A DNA stretch of 63,349 nt, filler included, from Moniliella sp. 'wahieum' (Eukaryota): NCBI GenBank assembly GCA_003971905.1. It is 3 parts of 3 records of this genome, joined end to end, with 100 filler letters (N's around TTAATTAATTAA, not from the genome) between each part and the next. Parts side by side here need not be neighbours in the genome. Positions count along the whole stretch, not along the records: positions 22,237 to 49,110 come from RSEE01000186.1; 2 more parts are not named here. One strand, written 5' to 3'. The notes below the pieces were generated by a model. That model saw only the letters and a program-made list of their open reading frames with translations. It had not been told where the DNA came from and did not search any database. The translations under genes and the position numbers were made by a program. Numbering within the stretch: the stretch's first letter is position 1; every line of letters begins with the position of its first letter. Positions 36,495 to 48,430 of this stretch are shown in pieces.

Positions 36495-38360
36495 ATGTTC
36501 GGTTCTTACGACCCAGATTCCTTTTTGGCCTCCCACCACCCCGTCTCTCGCTTTGGTACGCATTTCCCATTTCGGCTTTTGAATGCCTGCCGAAACCAAC
36601 GTCTGACCAAAAATCACCCTCTAGAGGGATCGCATGGACCCAGCGAGTCTTTATCGCTATCTCCGCGGCGACGTACCTTCCGACGAGATGCCTGACTCCA
36701 CTCTCACTCCGTCCCAGTCCCAGCCCTCTCCCAGCCCGACAGTACCCGCAAACGCAGGCACAGGGACCACAAGGACAAGGACAAGGAGAATGGCCGCAAA
36801 AAGGAGCGTCGTGACAAGAAGAAGCGCAGGGACCACAAGGACAGCAAGAAAAAGGACGCCGCCGATACCAGCACCTACGCCGATGCAACCGAGGCTGAGG
36901 TCAGCATCGACCCTCGTGACAAGACCACTGACACTGTCTTTACCGCCAATGATGAGGAGCCCGCCCAACTTGCCGAGGAGAGCTTTGTCGATCCATCGCA
37001 GCAAGAGGTGGAGGCCAGTTTGGAAACCAATGCTTCCAAGGTTCAGGATCAGCCACCTGTCGAGCCTGAGGAATCGACTCAGAAGGATGCTCAGCCTGCA
37101 GCCCAGGAACCTGAGCCCGAGGTAGATGAGCTCCCTTCGCAGGTATCCTTGGCTGCAGGGGAGTCTGGCCCGGACGCGCTTCCCCAGAGTCAGAATTGTA
37201 AGGAGGCGAAGGAGCCGGAGGCCGCGCCTACACATGAAGAGGTTGCTCCTGCCACCGAAGACGCGTCCAAGGAGACAGGCGGGAATGCTGGTACCACCAC
37301 ACTCGCGCCGACGGTAAAAAAACGTGGACGCCCCAGCAACAAAGCTCCAGCTGCGCTCCCCACTACCACCCCAAGGAAGCGCGGGCGGCCGAGTAAGAAG
37401 GAGCTAGCTGAGCTCGCGGCGGCCGCGGCGGCTGCAGGTTCATCGAGCGATGAGGCTCCCCTGGCATCGGGGCCACGGCCGGTACGCAAGACGCGTAAAT
37501 CCGTACGCCAAGCCGACGCCCCGAGTGCCGACGTTCCTCCACCGTCGCTGCCGTCGCTCCCCCTTCCGCAGCCGGTACCTGCCCGCGTACCTGCCTCAGG
37601 AACGGTTAACTTTGTCGTGCTAGGTGGCCGACGTTTTCACGCTTGCTTACGGGTATGTGGCTCGCTGGTTTCGATTTCAAGCTTGTACTAACGCTGGAAC
37701 AGACATCCCCACGTTGCCTGCAACGGAGGCGCTTGTGCGGGACCGCTTGAAGCTGAAGAAGTCGGACCCACTGGTTTGGCATACGTGTACCGCGGCATGA
37801 TGATCGAGCTGCATGACCAGAATGACTTCACTGCTTTTGAGCACAAGATCAAAGCCTTGCCCCCCTGGGCACCAGAGGAGGTGGCGATTCACATTAAGCC
37901 GCCGAAATCGTACTCTTACCAACCCGTCTTCCCTCCCCCTCGATTTGGATGCCTGTCCCGCCCGGTATGGGTGCCTCCCAGACGCCACGGAAACGTGCGC
38001 TGGAGGCGGGTCCGGCCGTTACGCCATCGGTAGCGGGCGGTGCCGAGGTGCCGACGAACGTCGCTGTGGAAATGGGGACGGGTGAGACGCCCGAACAAAG
38101 CCGGGTGGAGAGCGAGGCGGGAGGCGCCGGCAAAGAAAGCGCGGAAGAGCACTGGCGGGGAGCGGGCGGCAATCAAGGCGCAAGAGTGCGGGGTGTGCCA
38201 CGCGACACCGTACCATCCGCTGTCGGAGTGCCCGCTGGCGGACAACACGGAGCTGCTGAAGACGCGCCTCGATGATCTCGTGGCGCAGGGCCGGCGCAAG
38301 AACGCGGCGGAGCGTCTGGCGCAGCGCGAGCTGTCGGAGCGTCTCGGGCGCAAGAAGTGA
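36495..38360 (+). CDS. Nuclear protein with two AT-hooks, a PB1-like domain, an ARKSTGG motif and a CCHC-type zinc knuckle
   Basis: Introns 36556-36624 and 37624-37702 have branch points. AT-hooks KKRGRPS and PRKRGRPSK; PB1-like LAYVYRGMMIELHDQNDFTAF; zinc knuckle CGVCHATPYHPLSEC (38187-38231). Confidence 0.7.
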
Positions 38361-39017
38361 AGAGGAAGGTGCGAGGGCGGGAGTGTGGTGCCCCGCCGGC
38401 TGGGTTGATATATAACACGTTGGGGGCCAAGCCACCGCCAACGCGATGATCGAGATGGTCGATGATGATGCATTTAACCATCTTCCGGGTGGAGGTAGGT
38501 GGCCTCGTCTTTGAGAGCTTGAGCATCTAGACTGCCCAAGAGCAACAATGGCGCGGGCCTGGAGAGGCGGGCATGCACATGGCTGCCCAAACCGGCAAGC
38601 GCCGAGCGAAAGACGAGAGGGCGAGGGGGGTAAGCATGTGGATGGCTCGAGAGCGTGCGGAAAGGACGGCACGAAGAGAGACGAGAGAAGAGGAAAGAGA
38701 AGGTGGTGGGTGGTGGGCCCCGTGGTGGTTATGGTCGGGTTGATTGTCTTCCGAGGGCGTATGGACGGCATCGAGGGGATGGCCAGGCGCCTAGTCTGAC
38801 TAGTCACTCTGGTCGGCCGCGTTGCGGAGCAAAGAGTGGCTCGGGCCACAGGCACGGCGGCGGTGTGTGGAGCGGCATGCTTGGCGCTGGGCGCTGGGCC
38901 ACTCCGCCCAGCCGCACAGCCCTGATGGCCATCACGCACCGCGCCATCAGGGGCGCTGGCTGGCCGTGTATATACGACGGATGCGCACGCATGCGCCGCC
39001 CCCGCCGCACCACCAGC

Positions 39018-40462
39018 ATGTCCGCGCTCGACCTGGGCGCCTACGGCCCCGTCTTCCACATCGCCCCCGGCATGCAGACGTACGCGTGGGGCATGCCCGG
39101 CGCCACGGCCCTCGTCGCCCACTATGCCTTTGACGGCACCGGCGCCGCCTGGCTGGCCCCCACGGCTACGACCCTGCCACGCCCTATGCCGAGGTGCGCT
39201 CCCTCTCACGCGCCCAGCTCGCATCCGCCGCCGCTGACCCCCACGCGCATGCCCAGCTCTGGATTGGCTCGCCCCTCGGGCCCGTGCTATATCAAGCCTC
39301 CCGGCGTCGCGCCGCCTGACAGTGCCCGCATCGAGCTCGGCGCCTACCTCCGCACCCATCCCGTGTTGCTGTCGCAAGGCGTGGTGGACAAGTACGGATT
39401 GCAGGGCAAGTCGCCCCTCCCTTTCCTCTTCAAGGTGCTTAGCGTCGGAAAGGCCTTGTCCGTCCAGGCGCACCCGGACAAGCAACTGGCCCAGCGCCTC
39501 CACACTTCGCACCCGACATTTATCGCGACGACAACCACAAGCCAGAGATGGTGGTAGCGTTGACTGCCTTTCACGGCTTCTGTGGCTTCCGCCCTCTGCG
39601 GGAGATTCATCAGTTTTTGCATGACGTTGCAGAGCTTCGTGGGCTGGTGGCCCGTGGGCTTGGCATGGAGGAGAATGCCTTGTTGCAATATGTGGGTCAT
39701 GCATTGGACGGTGACACTCCCGACGCAGAACACAAAGCCGTCCTCCGTCGCGTTTTTGAAGCGATCATGACCGCTCCCCCTGAAATGGTGAAGGATACAA
39801 TCGAGCTTCTGATAGCACGATACGAGGCAGGCACCCTCCATCCTGCCGAGACACCAAGCATTTCGAAGCAAGTTCTTGCCCTCCAATCCCAATTTCCGGA
39901 TGATGTGGGCATTCTGTGCACCTATCTGCTCAATTTGCTCCACCTGGTACCGGGCGAGGCGCTGTATTTGGGTGCCAACACACCGCTCGCCTACCTGTCG
40001 GGAGAGGTGGTGGAGTGCATGGCGGCGAGCGACAATGTGGTGCGGGCGGGGCTGACACCCAAGTTGCGAGACACGGCGACGTTGATGGAAATGCTGACGT
40101 ACGAGGATGCGCCAGGCGAGGAGATGCGGATGCATCGCGAGCCGTGGGAGGGAGGCGGGGGCAAAACGGTGCTGTATCGGCCTCCGATTGACGATTTCCG
40201 CGTGCTGCGTACGGTGTTGCCCAGCGTCGAGGGCACAGAGGAGACCCACCGCGCGATCCAGGGACCGTCCGTGTTGCTGGCGACGCGAGGACATGTGCAG
40301 ATCACATTTCCTCTCGGTGACGCAGAGGGCGGGCTGGAGATCGACGAGGGCGCAGCTGTGTTCGCGGCACCCGGCGTGCCGCTGACCATCATGGCTCGCA
40401 CGCATGGACGAGTCCAGCCAGGGGAGGAAGTAGAGGTGTTCCGTGCGTTTGTCGAAGCGTAG
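39018..40462 (+). CDS. PMI40: Mannose-6-phosphate isomerase, type I
   Basis: QTYAWG, PYAE|LWIG (intron 39194-39257), LPFLFKVLSVGKALSVQAHPDK, DDNHKPEM, QFPDDVG, ECMAASDNVVRAGLTPKLRD, YRPPIDDF. Confidence 0.92.
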
Positions 40463-40696
40463 GAGGTGGGGGTTGTGCTACAACTGCTGTGGAATCTATA
40501 TTTTTGCTAGCGATACTGGCCGAGTGGGGGTTATCGAGCTGGTCATGGCCGGTGCAGCAGGGGGACTGCGGCAAGTGGATGCATTGTTATACACACAGAG
40601 CCCCACAGGGCCTGCAAGAAAGGAGTTCAAGCGACCATTCGCCACCTCGCCGCAGAGACGAAAAGCGACTCATACAATGGAAACAGTCGCTGCGAG

Positions 40697-43600
40697 CTAG
40701 TGATACATCGTCTCTTCCTCCTTCGGCTCCAGGGCGCAGGAGCACGAGGCGTATCCTGCCCCTCCATCGGCAGGTCGGCAGAGGTATCGGCCCAATCCAT
40801 AGATGCCGCACAGGACTGTCCTGTGGGTGGGGTTGAGGCGAGGGCGGGGAGGGCGAGGGAGATTCGGCATAGGAGGTCACCGTGCGCCTGGACGTCAGGC
40901 GGGAGGAGTGCCGCGGGGCCAGGACTACGGACTGGTTGGATGGTAGTGGCGACGGGGGCAGCGGAGGAGAGGCCGCCTTGGGACGGACATATGCCCTTCG
41001 ACGGGCAGCACGCGTTGTTGCATTGTACCTGGCGCGCTGCGCCCTCTTCTTCCTCTTCCGCTCCTGGTCGGGCGGCTCAGGGATGCCGCCATTGCGCTGG
41101 CGAAGGGGCTCGGGGCGGTGTTTGATGCAATAGAACGCGTCCGAGTCCCAGTCGATTGGCGCCACGTCCTGCCGAATCAGATAGTTGGTCCAGCAGCGCA
41201 CATGGTGCAGAACGCCACACGCAGCGCACGCCTTCATCCGCCAACTAGGCGGCGGCAGGCGCCCCATCCGTCCGCACACATCACAGTCGAATAACCCCAT
41301 TTCCGCTGCGATCGATCGGGTGCTGGTGGAGGCAGGCACCGCAATCTTTTGGGTTGGCACCCGCCGCGCCTGACTTTGAGCACGTCCCTCACCTGCCTTC
41401 TGGGCCTGCTTCGCCCGCCATGCTCTCATGTAGAGGCGCCGAGCCTCGATCCGCTCCATCTCGCTCTTGATCTTGCGCAAAACAGCCGCCTTTGAGTCTG
41501 GCTCTCTGCTGGCCGCCTCCGCTTGACATTCGTCATCGTACGCTGCGCTTTCTCCTCGGGTCCCTGTGCCGTTTCTTCCTCGACCGTCGCGTCGCGCCGA
41601 ACCCGCTCTTCTTCTTGCGCTACGATGCGAGACGAGCGCTTCCTAGAGCCTAGCGCAACCTCCATCAGTTTCGCTTTTTCCTGGGTTGCCTGGATTTTTT
41701 CAGCCTTGGCCTGGGCATCGACAGCAGTGAAGATCTTGTCCAGCGGCCCGCTCGACAAAAAGGCAAACAGGTTTGCCTCGTCCGCGTCTTGTGTCATCCC
41801 CCCTCTTCGGTATTGGGCGGAGGCGGGTGGAGGGCAGAGAAGAAAGCTTCCCACTCAGCCCGGGTGGAACAAACCAGCTCCATTTCTACCTTGCCCTCCA
41901 GCGGCGCTTCGAGTGCGATCGCGTCCGATTCAAGCTGCTCGTCCCACCGCGCAAACTGCGCTTGCTTGTCCCCATCGGCTTGCACTTGAAGCACATCGTA
42001 AACCACTTGTTCCGTCTCATCCACTTCGCCCTCGGGCTGCTCCCCATGTGCTCTGGTGGGCGTTCCGGCGTCGTGGGTCGAGGGGGGTGTCTCTGCCTCA
42101 TCCCCCGAGGACGAATCCGTGCTCGTATCGTCGTCCCCGCTCTGAGGGAAAGCCTCCTGCAACAAGTGTTCCTGCTGAGGTGGTGGCTCACGGGGAGGGG
42201 TTTTGGGCCCAACGAGCTCGATTGTTCTTTGATCCGGACCCGACAATAGGAGAATGTCCTCGGTGGAAATGGAGCTCATGTCATCATCGGATGAAGAGGT
42301 GGATTCTGTGGCCCCATCTCCACCTCCGGTCCTACAGGTTCATCGAAAGCACCCGCCTCCTCCGTCTCCGCGGGAACCTGGGGCTCTTCAGACTGATCCG
42401 AATGGGAATACAGTACCCACAATCGCGTATCAATAAGGTAGTACGAGTTGCCGTCCCGGTCCCACCCTATTGGGTCGGACTGTTTGTGGAATGGGTCCTT
42501 CGTCGCCCATTACGCGAAGAATACAATCGGGCGCTAAGGATAACCATGACGTGACGTCATGGAGAACGCCGAGCTGGATGGAACGGGAGAGATGCAAACG
42601 TGCGTGGGTGCTCGTCGGATCCGAGCCAGGCCGCATGGGAGGGCATGCGGAGATCATACTCGGCGCGCAGGGTACTGAGCCAGGTCGAAGGGGAGACAGT
42701 GCCAGGGGTGAGAAGGCGCAATAGCACGCGAATTACCTCGGCTGTCTGCGTAGCCAACCCATGGACCAAATCCTGTTCCAGCTGCGCGGGCGAGAGAGGG
42801 GCAAGCCCAAGTGCAGGCTGGAAGGTGGCGAGAAAATGACAGACCGAGGCAAAGCGTGCGTCGCGGCGGAGACGTGCAATCGCTGGCTCAACAGCTTTGG
42901 ACGCACCCAAGGCAGCAGCGAGTGGATGAGAACCGGGCGGGCATGTGGGATGGAACAGACGCGAGGAGGCTGGGGGCGGAGGGGGTGGGGGCTCAGAGGC
43001 GACTTGCAGACGAGTGATGATGACTGCAGATCATGCTCGAGAAGCGGTTCGAGCAGATGGAAAACGTCGAGCTCGGTTGCCAACTGGATGGCATCCTGAA
43101 GTGGGATCCACGTGCCGTCGCGCCGGTGGCCCGTGAGTGCATTCTCGGCTGGGAATCGTGAGAGCACCTTCTTCTGCCTCAATGATCAATTCCAGAGATT
43201 TTGAGGATCCGGGTCGCGCTCACGTACCCATCTGCTTCCCGCCAAGCACGCAATGTTGCGTACCACTAGCTGGAATACGGGCTGGTTCCAGTGGGTCACC
43301 AGGTGGATGCCAGTAGGAGGAGGCGTGTTGGCGCTAGGAACATAGGATGTGCCAAAAATGGCAGGGTAGGATGTGCCAGCAGTAACACGATTGGGTGTCC
43401 CAGCAGCACGATCAGGTGTCCCAGTAGCAGCACGTTCGGGTGTCCCAGCAGCGGCACCACCAATATCAGGTAAGGGGGACGAGGTGGAAGGTGGAGCAAG
43501 GGGTAAGATGATAGATCAGCTTCCAGGAGTGGTTTGAGTAGGTGTGCAACATTGCATTGCACCGCCAGTTGGATGGCACGCTCAATGGGGATCCATGTGC

Positions 43601-44112
43601 CTCGGTAGGACGTGCCCATTCGTTATCCTTTTGTGCTCGCCGGCGAGGACATTGTTCCGCAACCTTTGGGACCTCGACCCGGACAGGTTGGCGATCCTGA
43701 GAATCTGGGATGCGCTCATGTACCCGTCGCTCCCCCGCCGGACGCACACCACGTTCCCCACCCTGAGATGCAACATTGGCTCGCCCAAGTGAAACTCCAC
43801 AGAGACGCCAGCATCAGCGAAAGTACCCGCAGCAGCACCGCCATCGGCCGGGGGGCACCCCGGGAAGGGCGCTGGGGGGGGGGCGAGGACGGAGACAGGG
43901 GCAGGGGCGGAGACAGATGCGGGCGGAGGGGTGGCGGCGGCGTCACTGGGATCGATACGGGGAGGGGTAACGGCTCGGATGGAGGACGAGGCAGAAGCGG
44001 ACTCCCAGTCGAGGCGGATGGAGAAGAGGTGGCGCTGGATGGGGCATGGGGTATGGTCGGTGAGCGCCCCGACGGGCGGGGGCCGGGGGGACACGGGAGG
44101 GGCGGCGTCCAT
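40697..44112 (-). CDS. Fusion of two APSES/KilA-N domains with DDT/WHIM and a PHD finger (both ends uncertain; start may be 44441)
   Basis: APSES1 VRRGSDGYMSASQILRIA..GTWIPIERAIQLA (about 43790-43525). APSES2 EADGYVSATRILKIS..GTWIPLQDAIQLA (about 43295-43035). DDT-like LRRDARFASVCHFLATF..LEQDL; WHIM PIGWDRDGNSYYLI; LVCSTRAEW; RKRSSRI; PHD CDVC..CAACGVLHHVRC..FYCIKH. Confidence 0.75.
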
Positions 44113-45125
44113 AGAGGGCGGGGATGGGGGTTGGGCGGCGGCGTCGGCGTCTGAGAGCTGCGAGTAGACGGATGCGGGCGGCTGGGTGCTGGTTGTGCTG
44201 TCTGTGCTGTGTGCTGATTGCTGGTTGGGCTTGTGTTGTTTCTGTGCCGCTGGCTGCCAGCTATCCGCCCTGGTTTGTGTGCTCTTACCTGCGTCGTTTG
44301 CCGTGTGCGGGCTGCTGTTTGCGGTGTTCGTTTGCTGTTTGCCGCGTGCGAGCAGAAAGCGGAGAGCCGAGAGCGGAGAGGAGGCGGCCGGTTGCTCGCG
44401 GCCACAGCAGTGCCCCTGCCCATGCCGGCGTCGACCTCCATGGCGATGCCATCCCGACATCTGAGCCCCCCCGCCCCCGCACAGCGCCAGTGCCCCTGCC
44501 TCTCCGTCTTACCTCAGCATGCTCGCCCTCGAGCACCACAGCGCCGCTCTATCGTCCAACCCTAACTGCCGGCCGCCTTGGTTAGCGACGGCCAACGCTG
44601 AAGCTTGAAGGTCGACTCTGGTCAAGCCAACCAACACCCACCTTGCTCTCAACACGCCGTCCGCCCTGACTGGCCCCACGGCAACCAATCACTCCATCAA
44701 GCATGAATCTACTAGATGCCCTGTCGGGCGCCACCTCTTGATCCTCCCTCTCGTCGTCGAGACAGGCAGGCGTCGCAGGCACCAGCCCCTTGCCGTTCCA
44801 ACAACACCCACCCTTTGTCCTTGCGTTTCCCCCACCAAGGCGCTAACCTCTGGGAGACCTCTCCCCCTGTGGCCGCTCTTGTTCTCCGCCAAATTGTGTG
44901 CTCGTGCTCTGCCAGATCTCCGGCTCGGACGAGCGACAGACCCAGATGGAAGATGCTGTGCGTAATGTGATGCTAACTAGGGCAGGAAATGTCATCCTGA
45001 TGACTGCTCGGATCGGATACGGAGGAAGGCGAGAAGAGCTGCGCGGGCAGGCCTCTGCTCCGTCCAGCCACAGTCTCAGCACCTGGCTCCACAGGGTGGG
45101 CGTGCCTCCTGCGCAACTGTTGGCT

Positions 45126-47038
45126 TTACTCCCCCGCCATTTGGAAAAACAGGTGGACCAAAGCCACCCGATGCAAAAAGGCGTACTGCTCCCGTAGTGT
45201 AACGTGCTCAAACCTGAAGGGCGGTGTCTTGGTGACCTGAAAACATTCAGCACACATTGGTGCGCAGGTTACTCCATGAGATGGGGGTGCCGACGAAGAA
45301 GCCATAGTCGAACCCCAACCCGAGACCGACGCCTGCTGTTCTGCAGCTGCGGGGGGGAAGGTGGTGGTCCCCATCGAGGGGGGTTGGGATGCCATGACGC
45401 AGTCGGGTCCGATGTCCATGGGTGCATCTCGATCGCAAACCGATCCACAAGCCAGGGCTCCGGCACAACAGAGGTCCCCGAGTTGGGTGTCTGAGCGGCG
45501 ATCAACTGGGGAGGAGGCTCCAGGGAAGGTGGGGCGGAGCCACGGTTTGCGTCCTTCGCAAGCGATGCAGTTGTAGGACGGGTACACATGGCGCAGCGAA
45601 AGCATGAGAAGTGCCAACGGGTCCAGCTGTTAAACGCAAAGCACTCCTCCTCAACCTTTTGCTGGCAACCAGCGCATCGGTCTGTCCACGTAGCGCCAGA
45701 GTCGGAGGAAGAAGGATTCGCACTTGTTGTTTACGCCGGAGAGTTGCGCGGAACGGTTGGGTAGCCACATTCTAGCTGCGTATCCTCGGCGTCATACGGA
45801 GAAGTGCCGCCAGTCGCAATAACCTCAACGTGGGCGAGCTGGTCAAGGAACTTGTCCAAAACGTAATCATTCAGGTGCACTGCGCTCACAAGCGCCAGTT
45901 GGGTTAGTTTCTTAAGCGCTTCGGCAAGACCACCAACGCGTGGCCTTTGTACTGGCCTCGCGACGACTGTGGAAGGTGGGGTCGGCGGCCCTGAAGGTGC
46001 CTGAAGCTGCATCATCATCTGGCGAAAACAATGACGCGCTACGCAAGGAGATCCTTGAATACGACGGAGGCGATGATGGCTAAACAAGGGGGTTTCCCCA
46101 GACTCCAAAATCGATGGTACCCTACGCACAGAGAGTGTCGAATAGGGTGGAGGCGAAGGAGGGTTAGACGAAGAGTTTGCGACATCTTCTCTGGGAAAGG
46201 GGGTTGGGGAAAAAGCGAGATAGTGATTGAATAAAGTTGTCAATTTCTTGGTGGAGCTACGCGTCTCTCGTAGCAACGCAGTACCTGAAGGCGTTGGTGT
46301 AGCACCTGACTCCCAAACTGCAGGCCGACATAAGTGAACTGTCGTACGAGGACTCCTCCAGTTTGTCGCAGCAAAAAGCAGCTCGGCATGTATAAGCTGC
46401 TCAGTCGTTCTGGTGGCGCCGGGAAAGTCGCGTGCGGCAAGCACATCCAGCACGTTGGAGATGCAGGATACCACCGAGTCTTCGAATGCCGATAGCACAG
46501 TCCAGACTCGCACTGCCTTTTCCTCCATCGCTTGTTGCTTGGCCTTGAGAGAGGCTGGTGTCTCGATCGCCTCTAGTGCGAGTACACGCTTCAGCGTCGC
46601 CGATTTCATACCGTATCTGCCTTTCCTTTTGGCCCTTCGTTTCTGGATGCAAACGCAAGCTTTGATTCGTCTCCTGCTTCCCCCCTCCCCTTCGATCTGG
46701 CTGGGCCTAGCGAATCCTTGCGGCTGGGCACGAGCGTAACGTTCCAGTACTACGATACATGGTGTCTCTATTAGCAAATCCTTCTGATCATGAGATGGGG
46801 AAGGGAAGGAACGAAGGAACGAAGGAACGAAGGAACGAAGGACGTACTTTGTTGAACATGAAGCACTCGGGGTGCCAAGTCTCAGTGCGGGCATTGCGAT
46901 CAATTCAACAAACTGGCGAAGGATCGCACTTTTGCATCCTCGGCACGGGAGGGCAAAGCGTGTTGAGAAGTGAAAATGACAATAGACCTTGCCATCATGT
47001 TCATAGTAGGCATCATTCGGACCTAGACGTATGTTCAA
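45126..47038 (-). pseudogene. Truncated LRG1/Rga1-like LIM-domain RhoGAP homologue (no GAP domain)
   Basis: GPNDAYYEHDGKVYCHFHFSTRFALPCRGCKSAILRQFVE, WHPECFMFNK|YWNV (intron 46847-46750), MEEKAVRVWTVLSAFEDSVVSCIS, FEHVTLREQYAFL, then a stop. Confidence 0.7.
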
Positions 47039-47164
47039 AGATTCAATAGTCCGAGGCGCATAACAATCGAGGCGGAGGTCATCGCATACGGGCTAGCCCG
47101 TATGCGATACCTCAATAGTCCTGAGGCCTATGACCTCTGACGTAGTCATCACCCGTCGACGCGT

Positions 47165-47302
47165 GTATCCACCGCCGGCCAGCATGCCGCTGAGCTAATG
47201 AACATTGCACGCCCGTATCCACCCGCGGCGCCGCGTGGCCGTTACCTAATGAACATTGCACGCCTGTATCCACCCGCGGCGCCGCGCGGTCCTTACCTAA
47301 TG
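47165..47302. repeat. 51-bp tandem repeat (about 2.7 copies) containing the palindrome CGCGGCGCCGCG
   Basis: ctaatg recurs at 47195, 47246 and 47297; unit ctaatgaacattgcacgccygtatccacccgcggcgccgcg... Confidence 0.85.
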
Positions 47303-48112
47303 GGTGGGCGCGCGGGCGCGTGGATGGGCGTAGATGTTGACTCGTGCATGGGCTTGGATGTTGATTGGGTAGTACGCTGCCTTCTTGCCTCCATCCTCCC
47401 CTCCCTCGCAGCGTTCCCCGCGCCCCAAGGTGTGTTGCCCTCGCTTCCCCTCCCATCTGTGCCTCCTTCCGCCGCCGCTCTCAGGCGCCTTGCCGCGCGT
47501 GGCTGCCCCTCCCCACGCCCGCACTGACCCACTTTGCTGTGCCTTCTGTCCAGCCCCTGCCCGCCATCCCGCCCCGCTTCTCCCATTCTTTGCCCTCTTT
47601 AAAACCCGCATGCCTGCCTCCCACGCACGCCCCAGCAATCCCCCCTTTCCCTCGCCCATCCCCACCATCGCTCGGCCATCTCCGCCATTCATTCGGCCAT
47701 CGCCACCGTCGGTCGGTCAAGCGAAGCAGGGAATGGTGCAGGGATGGTGCATGGCGTTGTGCATGCCTGCTGGCCTCACGATGGCGCCCTGGCCGTCCGT
47801 CGTCACTGGCTCGCCTGCCGCCAGGACCACCGCGCTTGAGTTGGCCTTGGGTGTTCGGCTTGCCCATCTTGATCCTCGTCTCGGCCCTCTCCCACTTTGC
47901 CTCGCCCGTGTCCAAGCACCGTGCAGCTCCCCCATGCCGCTCCATGCCATTTCATTCCACCTTGCCTCATTCTGACCCGCTCTTTCTCCAGACTCTTGCC
48001 CCTCTCACCACGTCGCTCCTGGCCACGCATTGCCACGGTTGTGTCGCCCACCTCGGCCCTCGTTACGGCCATGCTCCAACGCTTGTGTCGACTCTTGCCT
48101 CTGCCCACCGTC

Positions 48113-48200
48113 TCCAAGCCTGCACTCGTCATCCCCAAGCCTGCTCCTCGTTACCAAGCCTGTGCTCGCCATCCCCAAGCCTGTGCTCGCCATCTCCACG
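48113..48200. repeat. ~21-bp degenerate tandem repeat (ccaagcctgtgctcgccatcc)
   Basis: Four or five copies of ccaagcctg..ctcg..cat. Confidence 0.7.
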
Positions 48201-48430
48201 CCTCTGCTCCCTGTCTTCACACCAAGCATGTATAGGAACATAGCAATGCATACCATCATTCAGCCTACCTCTCCATGCACTCTATACATGCACCACAGAA
48301 GCATCCGAGCACCTGTCATAGATGTTGAAGCGTACAATGACGACGACCGTCGTGGGTCTTTGAGGCGAACCTAACAACGACTGTCCCACTTTGTCAAGCG
48401 CTTCATGGCATGCACTTGCATATGATCAAC

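Noticed and set aside
40560..40590. DCGKWMHC as a plus-strand PHD finger
   Set aside because: It is isolated in the 3' region of PMI with no supporting ligand spacing.
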